From NCBI GenBank assembly GCA_049472315.1, contig JBLIRN010000014.1, forward strand, positions 5,820-69,819: DNA of 64,000 nt, read 5' to 3'. This stretch comes from a bacterium. Lineage in GTDB: Bacteria; SZUA-182; DTGQ01; JAFGSM01. A model generated the notes under the pieces. It made no database searches, had not been told where the DNA came from, and saw only the letters and a program-made list of their open reading frames with translations. Positions 61,590 to 64,000 of this stretch are shown here, piece by piece. Numbering within the stretch: position 1 is the first letter of the stretch; each line of letters opens with the position of its first letter. Both the position numbers and the translations under genes were made by a program.

Positions 61590-64000
61590 ATGAATACCGT
61601 AAAAGGGATTTGTTCATTAGGAGGGCTTTTTAACAGACAGAAATCACTCGTGTGGATAATGTGTATTCTTATCCCTTGCTTCCTTTTGAGCGCCGGTCTC
61701 ACCGGCTGCTCGAAGGTGGAAGTGGAGCCTGATTCCGGCACATCCGGCGGCGGCACCACTACCACTACCCAGCCTGCCGCAATCACGCTCTCCATTAGTG
61801 ATCCGAACATTGTTATCGGCAGCAGTTTTCCCATGATCACCGCCCTTGTTTCGGATATCAACGGGGATCCGGTCGGCTCCGGATTTATGATCAATTTTTC
61901 CGTGTTTCCCATCACAGCAGCCACGTTGAGCTCATCCTCCAATACGACGTCCCTCACCGGCGAGGCATCGGTGTTCCTCAATCCACAGGAACCCGGAGGC
62001 GCGGTGGTTACCGCCATGTATTCGGGCGGCGTAACGGAATCGCTCCCCATAACCATTGTCGGCGATCCCAATGCCGCTGCAGACCCCAATTCCACTCCAA
62101 CCACCCCCTCTTCCGGCGCAACCGGCGTCATGAATTCCATTCAGATTGCAACAGGCTCCGAACAAATCGTGGCGGATGGGGTTAGTATTGCGGCCATATC
62201 CGCGACCGTTCTGGACACGGCAGGGGTGTTCATGCCTGACGCCACCACCTTCGTTACCTTTACCACCACCGCCGGTGATATTGATCCGGATATTGCAGGG
62301 GTGCAAAGCTCATATACCACGAACCCGACAAACGGCGTAGCAAGGACTACGCTGAGGAGCTCCACCAACAAGGGGATCGCGACCATCATCGCCTCCTGCG
62401 ACGGGTTCAATGACTTTGACACGATCGAGTTTATCGCCGGGCAGACGGCAACACTTCTCGTCAGCGCAAACCCCGATACGCTCATAGCGGACAGCAATAA
62501 TGTAGTAGGAGAAAGCTCAATCATGATTGCTGCCTACGATGCCTTCAACAATCCGGTGGAGAATGAAACAGAGCTTACCCTGAGCGCCAATTACGGGTCG
62601 CTGTCGACCTTTCTTGTCTTCACATCCGACGGGGAGGCGGGGGTCACCTACACGGCGCCCGGCACATCCCCTCCGGGAGGCACCGCCACCGTCACCGTGG
62701 AGGCTCCCAATGAACTTACAAACAGCGTGATCATTTATTTGAGCGCCGTCTCGGGTGATCCCAACGCCCCGACCTACCCGATCGGGTCCATAACCATCAG
62801 CTCGGGATCCCAAAAAATCGTGGCGGACGGAACGAGCTCGCTTACCGTGAGCGCAACGGTAAAGGATACATTGGGGGTAAATATCCCGAACGGAACCCCG
62901 GTCACGTTCACCACCACCGCAGGGGACCTCGATCCCAATACCGCATTGGTGCAGGATACGGTCACCCTGACAACCACCAGCGGCATTGCCCGGGCCACCC
63001 TGCGAAGCTCCACCCGGACCGGAACGGTGACCATCACCGCGGAGACCGGGGGATACAATGCAAGCACCACGGTCAAATTCATCCCCGGACCGGATGCCTC
63101 GGTCATAATGGATGCAAGCCCTGCAGACCTGATGGCGGACGGTGAGACCACCAGCACGATCACGGCGACCGTGCTCGACCTGTTCAACAATCCCGTTCCC
63201 GATATAACACTTACCTTCGATGCCATGGATGGCACCCTGGAAAAAAATATCGGGACCACCGATACTGAGGGACGGTGTACGAATACCTACACCTCCCCAG
63301 GGTATGTGCCTGCAGGAGGGGTCGATACCGTTACCGCAGAGACAACGAACAACATATCAGGAAGCGCCCTCATCAACCTGAGCGGCGCCCAGGTCGCCAG
63401 CATCACGTTGACCGCCGAGCCCTCCAGCCTTCCGGCGGACGGAACGAGCAAGTCCACGATTACCGCCTCGGTCACCATCGTGGGCGGGGGCACCACGCCG
63501 GATGACACCCCCGTTGCATTCTCCATCGTATCGGGCGGCGGATCCTTCCAGGTGACCGGCACCACCACCACCACGAGCTATACGGCCGGCGGCGAAGCCC
63601 AGGCCAGGCTGATCAGTGATCCAAATGTGGGCACGGCAACCATCCAGGCGACCAGCGGGGGCATCACCGAAGAAATCCAGATAACCTATACGCCGGGAAG
63701 CGTTACCCTGACCATTACCCCGAACTCCCTCCTGGGAACCGGGGACGAAACCGCCAATGTCATCGCCACCCTCACGGACGCCACCGGCTCGCCGGCAGCG
63801 GACGGGGAAGACGTGGTATTCTCCCTCAGCGACGGCACCCTGGGAAGCCTTGTGGACCTCAGCGGGGTGAGCATCACCGATCCCAACGGGGTTGCGACCG
63901 CCGCCACCTCAGGGGGGCAGGGCAAGGTGAATGTGGTCTTCGAGGCCTCCAATAAGGACGGGACCATCACCATCACCGCCACATGGAGCCCCGGCGGGAT
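61590..64000 (+). CDS. Large surface lipoprotein with tandem bacterial Ig-like (Big_1/invasin-type) domains (3' end beyond window)
   Basis: Translation checked by hand from ATG 61590. It is absent from the ORF track because no stop occurs before the window end. Lipobox LSAGLTGCS, a poly-Thr linker, then at least 8 repeats of about 90-100 aa with the Big_1-like pattern (ADG.S...ISATVLD..GNPV..GT.VTFTTT.G.L). Confidence 0.8.
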   Translation, partial: MNTVKGICSLGGLFNRQKSLVWIMCILIPCFLLSAGLTGCSKVEVEPDSGTSGGGTTTTTQPAAITLSISDPNIVIGSSFPMITALVSDINGDPVGSGFMINFSVFPITAATLSSSSNTTSLTGEASVFLNPQEPGGAVVTAMYSGGVTESLPITIVGDPNAAADPNSTPTTPSSGATGVMNSIQIATGSEQIVADGVSIAAISATVLDTAGVFMPDATTFVTFTTTAGDIDPDIAGVQSSYTTNPTNGVARTTLRSSTNKGIATIIASCDGFNDFDTIEFIAGQTATLLVSANPDTLIADSNNVVGESSIMIAAYDAFNNPVENETELTLSANYGSLSTFLVFTSDGEAGVTYTAPGTSPPGGTATVTVEAPNELTNSVIIYLSAVSGDPNAPTYPIGSITISSGSQKIVADGTSSLTVSATVKDTLGVNIPNGTPVTFTTTAGDLDPNTALVQDTVTLTTTSGIARATLRSSTRTGTVTITAETGGYNASTTVKFIPGPDASVIMDASPADLMADGETTSTITATVLDLFNNPVPDITLTFDAMDGTLEKNIGTTDTEGRCTNTYTSPGYVPAGGVDTVTAETTNNISGSALINLSGAQVASITLTAEPSSLPADGTSKSTITASVTIVGGGTTPDDTPVAFSIVSGGGSFQVTGTTTTTSYTAGGEAQARLISDPNVGTATIQATSGGITEEIQITYTPGSVTLTITPNSLLGTGDETANVIATLTDATGSPAADGEDVVFSLSDGTLGSLVDLSGVSITDPNGVATAATSGGQGKVNVVFEASNKDGTITITATWSPGG

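Noticed and set aside
1-64000. Searched intergenic regions by eye for tRNA-like T-loop signatures (GGTTCGAATCC-like), CRISPR direct repeats and rRNA fragments.
   Set aside because: None found. No regularly spaced short repeats. Intergenic regions are short except the AT-rich promoter regions described.

Overview
The window is about 58-60% GC with dense bacterial coding. Gene content (korDABC, HD-GYP/PilZ signalling, multiple PilY1/minor-pilin sets, AMIN-type PilQ) suggests a Deltaproteobacteria/Desulfobacterota- or Myxococcota-like organism, with low confidence. No rRNA, tRNA or CRISPR array was seen.

Left to right:
- **1-7115 (minus):** an operon livF-livG-livM-livH with two tandem paralogous Liv-type solute-binding proteins, an ACT-domain protein and a phenylacetate-CoA ligase (PaaK).
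- **7370-12233 (plus):** two tandem paralogous large polytopic membrane proteins, each carrying two GldG/ABC_transp_aux (DUF4350)-like domains, with no ABC ATPase nearby. This is the best candidate for an undescribed system.
- **12278-12443:** a MITE-like element with perfect 15-bp terminal inverted repeats. A second copy sits at 28754-29029 and a degenerate third at 16076-16254.
- **12448-17520:** a secreted S8 peptidase with a low-complexity tail, a TPR/outer-membrane beta-barrel lipoprotein, and a secreted protein with an extreme Gly/Tyr-rich C-terminus. Two further Tyr/Pro-rich secreted proteins lie at 24928-26203.
- **17593-24820:** a PilZ-class III adenylate cyclase-CheY operon, a low-GC lipoprotein, an HD-GYP phosphodiesterase, an orphan pseudopilin with a 44-aa leader, and a REC-histidine kinase.
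- **26499-28019:** an MTH1187/YkoF-like protein, a Cys-rich membrane protein and YjbQ.
- **28069-32403:** a DUF4416-like protein, a SagB-like nitroreductase, nadK and recN.
- **32620-38309:** a four-gene histidine kinase/response regulator cluster.
- **38326-41545:** korD-korA-korB-korC plus an ArgA-like GNAT acetyltransferase.
- **41895-61288:** a large type IV pilus region with two consecutive minor-pilin/PilY1 modules. The first PilY1 (1522 aa) carries novel ~175-aa tandem modules, one circularly permuted inside its vWA domain. A He_PIG/Ig-repeat membrane protein follows, then pilM-pilN-pilO-pilP-pilQ.
- **61590 to the window end:** a Big-domain lipoprotein, truncated by the window.

Many long antisense ORFs in the six-frame track are GC-driven artefacts. 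Coordinates read from the sequence may be off by 1-2 bases.
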